Under the pieces are notes generated by a model. The model was not told where the DNA came from. It saw nothing but the letters and a program-made list of their open reading frames with translations, and made no database searches. From positions 704,001 through 768,000 of the forward strand of contig CAVYKI010000009.1 of the NCBI GenBank assembly GCA_963769025.1: 64,000 nucleotides of DNA, read 5' to 3'. This document shows, piece by piece, positions 21,494 to 31,684 of this stretch. This DNA is from an uncultured Verrucomicrobiae bacterium. GTDB taxonomy: Bacteria; Verrucomicrobiota; Verrucomicrobiia; Chthoniobacterales; Chthoniobacteraceae. The translations under genes and the position numbers were made by a program. Position 1 is the stretch's first letter. Each line of letters opens with the position of its first letter.

Positions 21494-21910
21494 CTAGACC
21501 CACTCCGCGCACAGCAGCTCCGCCTGCGCGAGCACGGTCTTTACGGCTTCCTCCTGCAAATCCGGCGGGTAGCCATGTTTGTTCAGGATTCGCTTCACCA
21601 TCACTTTGATCTTTGCGCGGGCGCTTTCGCGGAGGGTCCAGTCGATGCTTACGCTTTTGCGGACCTGGGTGATCAGTTCGGCGGCGATGACTTTCAGCTT
21701 CGCGTCGCCCATCGCTTGCACGGCGCTGTCGTTGGTGGCGAGGGCGTCGTAGAAGGCGACTTCGTCGTCGGTGAGGCCGAGGTCGTGGCCGCGCTTGGTG
21801 GCGGCGTCGAGTTCCTTGGCGACTTTGATGAGTTCCTCGATGACCTCGATCGTGGAGATGGCGCGGTTGTGGTAGGCGTTGAGGGTCTTCTTGAGCTTCT
21901 CGCTGAAGAC
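21494..21910 (-). pseudogene. hsdR: C-terminal (DUF3387-like) remnant of a type I restriction enzyme R subunit, cut by IS3
   Basis: YHNRAISTIEVIEELI..LGLTDDEVAFYDAL..SIDWTLRESARAKIKVMVKRILNKHGYPPD; the frame runs into the IS left end. Confidence 0.85.
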
Positions 21911-21970
21911 TAAAGTTCCCCCGATTCCGTGGACAGGGAAGGCGCAGGACCGTCAGCAAGAACTGCAAAC

Positions 21971-22302
21971 ATGCCACGAACACATCGCATCTATGAAAAG
22001 GACTTCCGTCAGGAAGCCGTCAACCTGCTGCTCAGCAGCGGGCGGCCGCTCAAGCGCGTCGCCGCCGAAATGGGGATCTCCGCCAACTCGCTCCGCACCT
22101 GGCGGGATCGGGCTCTCGGCAATGGGCGCGGAGCGGAGGCCGCTTCGCCGCAGGCGAAAGGCCGCAGCGCAGCGCCCGTTGCCGATGCGGCGGGGAGATC
22201 CGCCGCCTGCAACGCGAGGTCGAATACCTGCGCCGCCAGCGTGAGATCTTAAAAAAAGCCATGAGCATACTCTCCGAGGAGCCGCAGAGCGGTATGCGTT
22301 GA
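21971..22302 (+). CDS. IS3 transposase OrfA (HTH), extra frameshift near 22193
   Basis: YEKDFRQEAVNL..LKRVAAEMGISANSLRTW, then in another frame EIRRLQREVEYLRRQREILKKA. Confidence 0.8.
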
Positions 22303-23177
22303 TTGACTCCATGCGGCACTCCTTTCCCATCAGCGAACTTTGCAAGGCCCTCGGCGTCTCGCGCAGCGGCTATCACGCCGCGGCCGCACGCGCCCCGGGC
22401 CGGCGCAAAGAGGCCAACGCGCAACTCCTCGCCCACATGCACTCCATCCACGCCGACCGCCACACCCGCTGCTACGGAAGTCCCAGGATGACCCGCGAAC
22501 TCCGGGGCCTCGGCCTTGCCTGCTCGGAAAATCGCGTCGCCCGCCTCATGCGCTCGGGCGGCCTGCGTGCCAGGCCCAGAAAGCCTTTCCGGCCAAAGAC
22601 CACGCGCCCCGATCACGCCGCCCATCCCTCGCCCAACCTGCTCGCCAAGGCCGAGGCGCCGACCGCGCCCGGCACCCACCTCGTCAGCGACATCACCTAC
22701 ATCCCCACCCGCGAAGGCTGGCTCTACCTCGCCGTCGTCCTCGACCTCTTCAGCCGCTCCATCCTCGGCTGGAAACTCTCCGACTCCCTCCACACCGAGG
22801 TCGTCACCGGCGCCCTGCACCGTGCGCTCGACACCGGCATCGTCGCGCCCGCCGCCCTCTTCCACTCCGATCGCGGCTGCCAATACTCCGCCGCCTCCAC
22901 CCGCGCGCTCCTCGCCCGCCACCACCTCCGCCAAAGCATGAGCGCCGCAGGTTACTGCTATGACAATGCCTTCGCTGAAAGCGCCTTCGCCTCCCTCAAG
23001 AGCGAGCTCCTCGATGACGGCGCGCCCTTCGCCACCAAGGCCACCGCCGCCACTGCCGTCTTCGACTACCTCGAAACCTTCTACAATCGCAAGCGCCGCC
23101 ACAGCTCCCTCGGCTACCAATCCCCTCACGCCTTCCTCGACTCTTACTTCCAAAACCTCAAACCCTCGCTAAACTAA
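22299..23177 (+). CDS. IS3 transposase OrfB (DDE)
   Basis: YGSPRM, SDITYIPTREGWLYLAVVLDLFSR, FHSDRGCQY, DNAFAESAFASLKSE, FYNRKRRHSSLGY. Confidence 0.95.
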   Translation: MIDSMRHSFPISELCKALGVSRSGYHAAAARAPGRRKEANAQLLAHMHSIHADRHTRCYGSPRMTRELRGLGLACSENRVARLMRSGGLRARPRKPFRPKTTRPDHAAHPSPNLLAKAEAPTAPGTHLVSDITYIPTREGWLYLAVVLDLFSRSILGWKLSDSLHTEVVTGALHRALDTGIVAPAALFHSDRGCQYSAASTRALLARHHLRQSMSAAGYCYDNAFAESAFASLKSELLDDGAPFATKATAATAVFDYLETFYNRKRRHSSLGYQSPHAFLDSYFQNLKPSLN

Positions 23178-23226
23178 CCAAACAAATCGCTGCGCTCGCC
23201 GCGTCCACTTTTTCGGGGGAAGACCA

Positions 23227-23610
23227 CAATCGAAATCGGCGACCGGAGCGAAAAGTCCGTTGCTGCGAATCCACGCGGAGCGCGGACCCATCTCTCCATC
23301 GTTGTTTTTGCAACACGTCCACACAACGCGCCGATCCTCCGGGTCGTCGCTGGCGGCTTGCAGGACAAACGCGCACCGGGGAACGGAGCCGAGTACGTAT
23401 GAACCGGCAAGAAGGTTGAGCAATCCGCGACCGGTGGCGCGCTCGTCGGCCTTGGGCTTTCGGGTATGTGCCACGATCCCAAGTGCTGGAGCGTCTCCGC
23501 CGGCAGGAATGACGGAGCGAATCAATCGGAACGTCTCGAGGTAATCCGCGGCGCGGTCGTCCCTCGCCACGGCATTCCATGGGTCGAGGAGGAGCACGTC
23601 CGGCTTGAAA
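23227..23610 (-). pseudogene. Fragment of a RepA-like/AAA_25 helicase
   Basis: Walker B-like VLLLDPW and IVAHTRKP...LAGSYVL (SF4 helicase-like); lacks its N-terminus and is cut by the IS. Confidence 0.65.
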
Positions 23611-23694
23611 TCCGCAATTTCAGGCGCTTGTCACAGCAGCCCGTTTCCGGTGGTAACCCGCCGGGGCGGGTTTCTTTTTTCGCTGGAGGCTTCA

Positions 23695-23952
23695 TTATGC
23701 GTTTCCTCCATGGCTGGCGATGTAGGCTCGGAGGCTCGCCGCGCTGACGAGCCTGCACCCGGTTGCTTTCCCTTTCCGCCGGATGCAGACGGAGTGAATC
23801 TCCCCGCTTTTGATGAGTTCGTAGAGCACGGAACGCCCCAAACCATACTGAGGGCGAACATCGCCAGGGCGAAGCCACTCCGCGCCGGGAGTGATCGGTG
23901 CCGTCGTTTGTTGCCCGACGGCGGAGGCGATTGGAACAGGTGTGCGTTTCAT
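23695..23952 (-). CDS. AlpA/excisionase-like helix-turn-helix protein
   Basis: 85 aa; EWLRPGDVRPQYGLGRSVLYELIKSGEIHSVCIRRKG..RLVSAASLRAYI. Confidence 0.8.
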   Translation of the reverse strand: MKRTPVPIASAVGQQTTAPITPGAEWLRPGDVRPQYGLGRSVLYELIKSGEIHSVCIRRKGKATGCRLVSAASLRAYIASHGGNA

Positions 23953-23967
23953 GGACGCGCAACTAAT

Positions 23968-24094
23968 AGCGCGTCACGTATTGGCCCCCTTTGTAACAGC
24001 GTTTTCAGCGAACGTCACGCGAAGCTGAGCGAACGTAACAGCGGTGCCCCATGCAACTCTCGGTCGGTCACGACCATTTTAGCGAACGTCACGC
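23968..24094. repeat. Short direct repeats AGCGAACGTCACGC upstream of the AlpA-like gene
   Basis: Exact copies at 24007-24020 and 24081-24094; variant AGCGAACGTAAC at 24028; partial copy at 23968. Confidence 0.7.
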
Positions 24095-24126
24095 CGAATC
24101 GCCGCAGATCGTGTCAAAAGAAATTT

Positions 24127-24570
24127 TCAACCTCGCCGGTTTTTCTTCCGACGTTTGACGGAGGGGCGTTTGCGGGCATTCCTACGGTTCTTCTCGCTGC
24201 GCCGTTCAGTCTTCCACCGTTCAAAATTCTCCTTTTCGCGCAGTAATCCAGGATCGTCACGACGGGTCGACATCCGCCACATCTCCCAAGCCTTCAGTTT
24301 CACCGTCGGGTCGGCACCCGGTTTGTCGAGCACGGCGAGGTACTCTTGCATGTTTCTCCGCGCCCGAGTGATGTTCTTCGTCCCAGTCACGAAAAGGAGG
24401 GCCTCTTTTGCCGAGAGGAACGTGTTGGAAGAAGCGCGAACCTCCATCCACTGGTCAACCAATCCGACGAGCGAAGCTGCGTGTGCGCCCTTCTCTCGAT
24501 AAATGCGGGCCACTGCTTCGGCCTCGGTCCAAATTTGCGCGGCGTGACGGAACAAAAATTCACGACCGTC
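24127..24570 (-). pseudogene. 3' part of a hypothetical element gene with a basic C-terminus
   Basis: Open frame ending KNRRNARKRPSVKRRKKNRRG; 5' end abuts the integrase fragment with no credible start. Confidence 0.45.
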
Positions 24571-24589
24571 CGTGTCTTCCTTTTCAGTA

Positions 24590-25002
24590 CCGCCCGGGAG
24601 GGCGAGATCCGCATCTCCGAAGACGTCGCCGGCAAACGCGGCACCCCGCGCAACGTCCCGATGTGCGACGCCCTGCGCGCGTGGCTCGCTCCGTACCGCG
24701 CCCGCCTGGGCCGGATCCACGGCATGACCGAGCGCGCCCTCTCCCGCCGGCTCGAATCGTTCATCACCCACATTCAGAAAGTTGTGCCGGGATTCCGGTG
24801 GAAGGCCAACGCGCTCCGTCACAGCTTCGGAAGCTACCACGTCGCGACGCACCGCAACCTCGAACTCACGCGCACGGTCATGGGGACCGGCATGGCGATG
24901 CTCCGGCACCACTACAACGATCCGCAGTTCCGGAACGACGCCGATGCCTACTGGAAACTCCTCCCCGCCACCACGCGCGGGAACGTGGTCGCCATCGGGT
25001 AG
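24590..25002 (+). pseudogene. C-terminal fragment of a tyrosine recombinase/integrase
   Basis: GKRGTPRNVPMCDALRAWL, NALRHSFGSYH, MGT..MLRHHY (catalytic Tyr); N-terminal part missing. Confidence 0.88.
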
Positions 25003-25115
25003 CGCACGACGTTCGCCAGTGAGAACTCGCAATTTGCCACAGCTCCGGTGTCTTCTATTCGTTCGACCGGCTTCTCCTGGCGTCCGCACGGTTTATCTAG
25101 GAAACGACTCTTGCC

Positions 25116-25895
25116 TTAAGCGCTGCGCAACCGAGACACCCGCCGGCGCCGGAGTGTTTCCACGGACGTCACGCACAGCGCCAACCACGCGAGCCCGGCT
25201 GTCACGCCGGCGACTACATCGCTCACGAAATGCACTCCCAGCGCGACGCGACTGAGACCGACAAGGAGAACAAGGAAACTCCCGGCCGCCACTATGCAGA
25301 CCCGCCCGCTCAGCGTGCGCACCCCATACAGTCCCATCACCGCCGCCAATCCGTAGAGCAACGTCGCCCCCATCGTGTGGCCACTGGGAAAGCTATAACT
25401 ATCGAGAACCAGGAGCGGGTGCTCCCAAATCGGGCGTTCTCGTCGGAACGCCATTTTCAGCAACAGATTGAAAACCCCACCACCAGGAATGACAAGGACG
25501 AGGATGAGAAGACGGTACCAGGCACGCTGCCGGATCAGGATTACGATCCCAAAGACTGCGATGCAGCAAATCCAGAGGCCGGATCCGAGGAATGTGACTG
25601 CGGACATCGCTTGGAAAAAGACTGCCGTGCCGTGCTCCTGAAACCAGTCGGAGACTCCTTGGTCGAGCACGACGATCGGTTCGCGTGTCACCACGGCTTC
25701 CGCAATGTTGCCAAAAATCCACCCCATCGCAATCAAGGCCAACGCGCCCGCCGTAAAGTGTAGACCAAAGACGCCCTCGGGCGAAAAGCGCGCCGCCAAC
25801 CATTTGGCGTGCGCTTGGAATCGGCCGCGTAACGAGTCGGTCTTTCGCGGGACATATCCGGCGGAATCCGCTGGGGGTTGAGGAGCGCTTTGCAT
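25116..25895 (-). CDS. PAP2-family membrane phosphatase
   Basis: LKMAFRRERP, YSFPSGHT, SRVALGVHFVSDV; several TM helices. Confidence 0.9.
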   Translation of the reverse strand: MQSAPQPPADSAGYVPRKTDSLRGRFQAHAKWLAARFSPEGVFGLHFTAGALALIAMGWIFGNIAEAVVTREPIVVLDQGVSDWFQEHGTAVFFQAMSAVTFLGSGLWICCIAVFGIVILIRQRAWYRLLILVLVIPGGGVFNLLLKMAFRRERPIWEHPLLVLDSYSFPSGHTMGATLLYGLAAVMGLYGVRTLSGRVCIVAAGSFLVLLVGLSRVALGVHFVSDVVAGVTAGLAWLALCVTSVETLRRRRVSRLRSA

Positions 25896-25920
25896 GAAAG
25901 GGAATCGCACTCTCGGTGAG

Positions 25921-26733
25921 TTACGTCGCGGCAGACCAGCCGTCCGGCGTCCGTTGGAAATCGTCGTCCGACTGTCGTTCAAAGAGTGAGCCTTCGGGCT
26001 GCCACGCCCAGCATTCGATTCTGACGCGCGAGCGATCAGTATGAATGACGTTGAAAGAGTTCTGCTGCCCACGGCCTCGCGTTGAAGTGCTCGTGCCAGA
26101 GGAGACGACGAGCGCGGAATATCCGGGGATCCGGAAGCGGGTTGTGGAGGAACCGGCGTGGGCGATGTGAAAATGTCCGGCCAGCAACAAGTCGACCCGG
26201 CATTGAGCGAGGCTCTTCATGGCCTGTCGCGCGCGGCCGAGCACACGTCCGCCTTCTGCGCCTGCGGGCAAGTCAAACGGATGGTGGGTGACCACGATTT
26301 TCGTCTGTGCGTCGGTGAGACTTTGGAACCGCCTTTCCAACTCCGCGATCTGCGAAGAGTTGATTCGTCCGCCTTTGAAAGTCAGGGCACGCGCCGTATT
26401 CACTCCGACCACCGCGAGTTCGGAGTCGGAAAAAAAGGGCGAGAGGTCTTCGGTGATGTAACGGCGATACCGATCGAAACGGGACACGAATCTGGCAAGG
26501 ACGTTATAAAGCGGCACATCGTGGTTCCCCGGCACCACGATCTGGGAGAACGGAATCGAGTCGAGAAACCGGCGTGCCGCCTTGAACTCCTCCGGCCGTG
26601 CGCGCTGCGTCAAGTCGCCGGAGATCGCGACGAGGTCTGGTTGGGCTTCCCGAATGAATGAGAGCAAAGGTGAGAGGGTCGCAGGGTTTATCCTGCCGAA
26701 GTGCAGATCGGAAAGATGCACAATCGTGCGCAT
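25921..26733 (-). CDS. Calcineurin-like metallophosphoesterase (CpdA-like)
   Basis: HLSDLHFG, ISGDLTQR, VPGNHD, VTHHP, LAGHFH. Confidence 0.92.
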   Translation of the reverse strand: MRTIVHLSDLHFGRINPATLSPLLSFIREAQPDLVAISGDLTQRARPEEFKAARRFLDSIPFSQIVVPGNHDVPLYNVLARFVSRFDRYRRYITEDLSPFFSDSELAVVGVNTARALTFKGGRINSSQIAELERRFQSLTDAQTKIVVTHHPFDLPAGAEGGRVLGRARQAMKSLAQCRVDLLLAGHFHIAHAGSSTTRFRIPGYSALVVSSGTSTSTRGRGQQNSFNVIHTDRSRVRIECWAWQPEGSLFERQSDDDFQRTPDGWSAAT

Positions 26734-27668
26734 CACTCCGTTACTTTTTCCGCCGGCACCAGCACCCGCAGTGCGCCGGAACGGATGCGATAATGCAACG
26801 GTGGTGACATCCAGGAAACTTCGCCATCGGCCGAAACCAGCAACCTGCGCTTCTTCGACTCGATCCGGGCTTCACAGATGCAGAACGCCTCGAAATCACG
26901 TTCTTGGTGCAGCCGGCCCATCAGCGCACGAAATGCAAGGCGGAGAAGTCCGAACCGGCCTGTTCGGTTCGCCACGTAGAACCCGAGCCGGCCTGAGTTC
27001 AAGCAAGCGCGTTTCCCCAAATTCATACCGGTCACCTCGTATTCATTGTTGCCGACGAAGACGAGTGCCGTCTTGAGCAGGCGCTCCTCTCCTTTCAAGT
27101 GAACCCGCAGCGTGAGGAATGGATAACGACGAAAAGCGCTCAGCAAAGCGCGGGCGAAAGCCGCCCACTTTCCCGTCCCGTGGCGCTCCTGATCGGCCTC
27201 CCGCTCGGCTACTACCTGCGGGTAAATGCCAAGGCCGGAATTGTTGACGAACACCCGTCCATTGACCTCGCCGACGTCCACCTCCACGACGCGGCCGTGT
27301 ATCACCGTCCGCACAGCCTCTTGCAGTTCGAGCGGGATTCCGAGGTCTTTCGCGAAATGATTCAGCGTTCCCAAGGGCAGCACACCGAGCGTCCTTCTTG
27401 TGCCAACCAACTCCGCGGCCAGCGCGTTGACGGTTCCGTCTCCTCCACCGGCCACGACTGTTGCGTCCTCGGCCACGTGATGCTCGGCGAGCAGTTGAGG
27501 CAGATCGAGATCTCGGCCGGCGTGGAGAATGGAGCCTTGGGCGCCATTGGTCCGAAACAACTCTCGCAGCTCCACCTCAACCCCATCACTCGTCTGGCCG
27601 CCGGCGCTTCCGTTCAGGACAACGAATATCTTTGCCCTTGCAGTGGGTGCGAGAGACGGAGTGGACAT
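26733..27668 (-). CDS. Diacylglycerol/lipid kinase family protein (YegS/DgkB-like)
   Basis: LNGSAG, AGGGDGTVN, LPLGTLNHFAKDLGIP, FVNNSGLG, ADGE. Confidence 0.92.
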   Translation of the reverse strand: MSTPSLAPTARAKIFVVLNGSAGGQTSDGVEVELRELFRTNGAQGSILHAGRDLDLPQLLAEHHVAEDATVVAGGGDGTVNALAAELVGTRRTLGVLPLGTLNHFAKDLGIPLELQEAVRTVIHGRVVEVDVGEVNGRVFVNNSGLGIYPQVVAEREADQERHGTGKWAAFARALLSAFRRYPFLTLRVHLKGEERLLKTALVFVGNNEYEVTGMNLGKRACLNSGRLGFYVANRTGRFGLLRLAFRALMGRLHQERDFEAFCICEARIESKKRRLLVSADGEVSWMSPPLHYRIRSGALRVLVPAEKVTE

Positions 27669-27689
27669 TTGGGAAAAATTTTTCAGGCG

Positions 27690-28604
27690 CTAAACCGTCT
27701 GGTTATCGGCGACACTGTTTCCATCGCGAACCGTTGAAAATTGGCTGCTGCATCGCCCATGAATCATCGCGTTGCGCACGGCCGGCGGATGTTGCTTCCA
27801 CCCTGGGAATACAGGTTTGGGTTCGGGGACAGCGCACTCCTCGATCCACGAACGAATGCTCGAGGCGGTCTGAGTGGGCTGGGAAAATTGCAGACAGTGA
27901 GCACCCCCAGGAACCGTCTGCCACCGGCTCACTGACAGGGAACTGGCGGCGGTTGCCAGCCATGTTTCGGGGACGATCGAGTCGTTTTGCCCGCGGAGAA
28001 GTAGGGTCGGGGCCGTGATCAGCGGGAACTGGTCTTCGACCGGATCGGCCAGCATTTCAGTGCTGGTACGCCAAGTGCGGAGGATTCCAGCCCGCAGGAC
28101 ATCGACCACTGCCCAGAAAAGAATCGCGGGCCTTTCCTTCGTAAGATCTTTCAACAGGCGGCGAATCTGCGTCGCCCGTCTGCGCGCGTCCGCGTCGACG
28201 GTCGGAGCAATCAAGGTCAGAGTTTTTACCTGAGCCGCACGCATCGCCGCAAAATGCGCAGCTACCTGGCATCCCATCGAATGCCCGACAACGTGAACCG
28301 CCACGATCCGGCGCTCCTGCAGCCACTCGTCGAGCCACACAGCGTGCTCTGACATCGAGAGGGCCCGTGGCGGCCCGCTGCTTCGCCCGAAGCCCGGCAA
28401 CTCTAGCGCCTTTACGGGATGATGAGCCGCAAGTAATGTCGCCAGGGGCAGAAAGTATCGCGCGGACATCGCGAGGCCCGGAATGAGAATGATGGGGACT
28501 TCCCCCACCTTGGCCGCCTCGACCGAATGCAGCCGAATGCCGCGCACGCGGGTCCACCGGTCGGTGAAGCCTCTGGACAACTGGGGGATGCCTTTGCGAG
28601 TCAT
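27690..28604 (-). CDS. Alpha/beta hydrolase
   Basis: LPGFGRS, nucleophile elbow GHSMG, RGQNDSIV, GGAH. Confidence 0.9.
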   Translation of the reverse strand: MTRKGIPQLSRGFTDRWTRVRGIRLHSVEAAKVGEVPIILIPGLAMSARYFLPLATLLAAHHPVKALELPGFGRSSGPPRALSMSEHAVWLDEWLQERRIVAVHVVGHSMGCQVAAHFAAMRAAQVKTLTLIAPTVDADARRRATQIRRLLKDLTKERPAILFWAVVDVLRAGILRTWRTSTEMLADPVEDQFPLITAPTLLLRGQNDSIVPETWLATAASSLSVSRWQTVPGGAHCLQFSQPTQTASSIRSWIEECAVPEPKPVFPGWKQHPPAVRNAMIHGRCSSQFSTVRDGNSVADNQTV

Positions 28605-28869
28605 GCAAACACATAGTGCCTGCTCAGGCGGCGACGGAATGGGACGGTCTTCACGCCCAATTATCGCGCGCCTCGCCGCGGGTGGACTTAGCGAACGCCG
28701 ATTTGGTACCCGCGATAAACTTTACGCGTCCGGCGACGCCCCTCTCCACGATTCCTCACCATGAGAATACCCGGAAAAGGCGCCGTCAGTTCAGCCCGTT
28801 CAATAGCAATCGTTGCCGCCGTGCGATTCACGCTCGCTGGTAGCTTTGAATAGCGTGCCCGTTCAATTC

Positions 28870-30048
28870 ATGAAAAAAGCCGCCACACAGACCGCCGTCG
28901 CGTACACCGCCCTCCCTGACAGCCGCGAAGCCGGCATCGATCTGGGAAGGCAGATCCTAACCGAGCTCGGCGAGGGCCCACCGGATGCCGTGATTCTTTT
29001 CGTGTCGCCCCGCTACGACGCGCGACTGGTGGCGGAAGGCGTCAAGGAAAGCTGCGGCACCGAGATTCTAGTCGGTTGTTCGTCAGCCGGAGAGTTCACG
29101 ACTTGCACGGAAGGGGTGGGACAGTCATGTGCCATCGCACTGCGATCTTCAGAAATGAAATTTAAGGCGGGAATGGGAAAGGGAATCAGCACCGATCGGA
29201 AAGCGGCGGCTGCTGCCATGGTGAAGCCATTTCGCGGAGTGGACGAAATCTCGTCGGCCTACAGCTCGGCCCTCGTTTTGACGGATGCCCTGGCGGGTCA
29301 CGCCGACGAGCTCATCGAGCATTTGACGGTGAAGACAGGCGGAAACTATCAGTTCTTCGGTGGGGGCGCCGGAGATGATGCAAACTTCCGGCGCACCTTG
29401 GTCATTTGCGGCACTGAAGTCTCCACCGACGCTGCGGTGGCGCTGGAGATTTTATCGCCCAAGCCCATCGGGATCGGAGTCCGCCATGGCTGGCTCCCGG
29501 CGAGCGATCCGATGCGCGTGACGGAAGCGAAGGGCACAACCTTGGTCAGCCTCAACGCCACGCGCGTCACGGAAGTATTGCAGGCGCATGCGCATACTAC
29601 CGGGCAGACGTTCGATCTCGAGGATCCGCTGCCATTTTTTCTCCACAACATCCTCGGAATCGACACGCCCGATGGGTTCAAGCTCCGCGTGCCGCTGGCG
29701 GTGGGCGCAGACGGCTCGGTCACCTTCGCCGCGGAAATCCCGGAGGGTGCCGTGGTCCGCATCATGTCCACCACGGCGAATGCCACCGCGAGCGCGGCGG
29801 CGGAAGCAACGCGCGACGCGATCAGCCAGCTCGGCGGCCACGATCCCAAAGTGGCGATCTTCTTCGATTGCGTGGCGACCCGGCTGCGCATGGGGAGGGA
29901 GTTTGGCTATGAGCTGAACGCTCTCCGTGAGGTCCTCGGGGAAACGCAATTCGCAGGCTGCAACACCTACGGTCAGGTCGCGCGGACGGACGGGCAATTC
30001 AGCGGTTTTCACAATTGCACCGCGGTCGTGTGCGTGCTGCCCGGCTAA
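28870..30048 (+). CDS. FIST_N/FIST_C sensory protein (NosP-like)
   Basis: LVGCSSAGEF, FFGGGAGDD, VRHGW, FFDCVATR, GCNTYGQV, FHNCT. Confidence 0.88.
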   Translation: MKKAATQTAVAYTALPDSREAGIDLGRQILTELGEGPPDAVILFVSPRYDARLVAEGVKESCGTEILVGCSSAGEFTTCTEGVGQSCAIALRSSEMKFKAGMGKGISTDRKAAAAAMVKPFRGVDEISSAYSSALVLTDALAGHADELIEHLTVKTGGNYQFFGGGAGDDANFRRTLVICGTEVSTDAAVALEILSPKPIGIGVRHGWLPASDPMRVTEAKGTTLVSLNATRVTEVLQAHAHTTGQTFDLEDPLPFFLHNILGIDTPDGFKLRVPLAVGADGSVTFAAEIPEGAVVRIMSTTANATASAAAEATRDAISQLGGHDPKVAIFFDCVATRLRMGREFGYELNALREVLGETQFAGCNTYGQVARTDGQFSGFHNCTAVVCVLPG

Positions 30049-30057
30049 GCGCCCGCC

Positions 30058-31684
30058 ATGGCTGAACCGCACTTGCTTTCCAAGGTGGCGGCTCTTTTCG
30101 AGTCGGCGAGCCGAAAGGTGGCCGCGCGGGAACTGGCGTGCTCCATAGGCGCCGAGGATCTCATCATTTTTCTGCCCGACAGCGACCTCGGGACCCTTCT
30201 GCCAGCGCCCGGTTTCCCGCAAACAATGTCGCAGGGGATGGAGTGGAGGGACTTTTTCGCTGCCTGCCAGCCCGGCATGCCTTGCCACAGGGAACTCCTC
30301 CACCCGGACATCAAGACTCTCACGCCGGCGCTCGGTCTCCGGGGCGAGTGCGGGGCGGTGTTGGTAGTCCTCGGAGGGAAGCCGTGTCTCGGAAAGGCCG
30401 GGGATGTCGCGCTGTTGCTTCCGGTGCTCGCCGCGGCATTTCGCGGCGAACGCACGGCGCTGATTGCTGCCAGCAGCGAGCGGATGGCCCGGCACACTGC
30501 CGAACAATCGAAACTGCTCGCCGACTCACTCGACAAAGCACGTGCCGCACTGCGCACCGCGCTTTCCGATGCCGAGACAGCGAACCGCGCCAAGGACCGC
30601 TTCCTTGCGGCGCTCAGTCATGAACTGCGCACGCCCCTGACGCCAGTGCTGCTGGCGGCGACGGTCGCCGAAAGCGATCCGCAACTGCCCGAAGCCGCCC
30701 AGCGGGACATGGCGATGATCCGCCGCAACGTTGAGTTGGAGGTACATCTCATCGATGATCTCCTCGATCTCAGCCGCGTCCTCGCCGGCAAGCTCCGGTT
30801 GCGCAGCATTCCGCTGGATTTGAATACCCAGGTCCGTCACGCAGTGGAAATCTGTCTGCCGCACATCCGGGAAAAGGGCGCCAAGTTGGAACTCGACCTG
30901 GCCAAGTGGCCTGGGGCCGATCGTCGCAGACCCCACGCGGTTGCAGCAGGTGTTGTGGAATCTTCTGAAGAATGCCGTGAAGTTCTCACCCGGCGGTGAA
31001 ATCGTCGTCGCGACCTGCGCCCAGGATGGCCGTGCCCAAGTGCGCGTGAAGGATAACGGCATCGGGATCGAAGCGGATGCTCTACAGCGCATTTTTGAAG
31101 CGTTTGAGCAGGAGAGCGCGGAAACGCCGCGCGATTTCGGCGGCCTCGGCCTCGGCCTCGCCATTTGCAAATCGATCGTCGATTTGCATCACGGCAGCAT
31201 CCGCGCGGAAAGCGAGGGTGCCGGCCGCGGTGCGGAGTTCACGGTTGAGCTGCCTCTGTGCGCCGGCGCCGACACCGTCCTGGATCGTCCACGAGACGCG
31301 CAGGCGGGACCGGCGCGGAATGCGCGCATCCTCATCGTCGAGGATCACGCGGATACCGCGCGCCTCATCGCGCGCATCCTGGAAAAAAGCGGGCATCGGG
31401 TCCGCCACGCCGGACGGGTCGACGCCGCGCTGGAGATGCTCCGTGAGGAACCCTTTGACTTGCTCCTCAGCGATGTCGGTCTTCCCGACCGTCCCGGCTA
31501 TGAACTCATGGAGACGGTGAGAAATACATATGGGATCCCGGGGATCGCGATGACGGGCTATGCGATGGAGGACGACGTCCGGACATGTCACGCGGCGGGC
31601 TTCAGCGAACATTTGGTCAAGCCCGTGGACTTGCAGCTCCTCAAGCAAGCCATCCAGCGGGTTTTGCAAGACGCTCCCACCTAG
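30058..31684 (+). CDS. Hybrid histidine kinase/response regulator, one +1 frameshift near 30915
   Basis: FLAALSHELRTPL, then QQVLWNLLKNAVKFS, DNGIGI, GGLGLGLAI and receiver ILIVEDH..LSDVGLPD..KPV. Confidence 0.88.

Larger units (their letters stand above)
21911..23226 (+). mobile_element. IS3-family insertion sequence (1316 bp)
   Basis: Imperfect 24-bp terminal inverted repeats (TAAAGTTCCCCCGATTCCGTGGAC and reverse complement TGGTCTTCCCCCGAAAAAGTGGAC); orfA/orfB with an A7G slippery site at 22251-22258. Confidence 0.92.

Noticed and set aside
23968..24094. CRISPR array
   Set aside because: Repeats are only 14 bp, irregularly spaced, and no cas genes are present.
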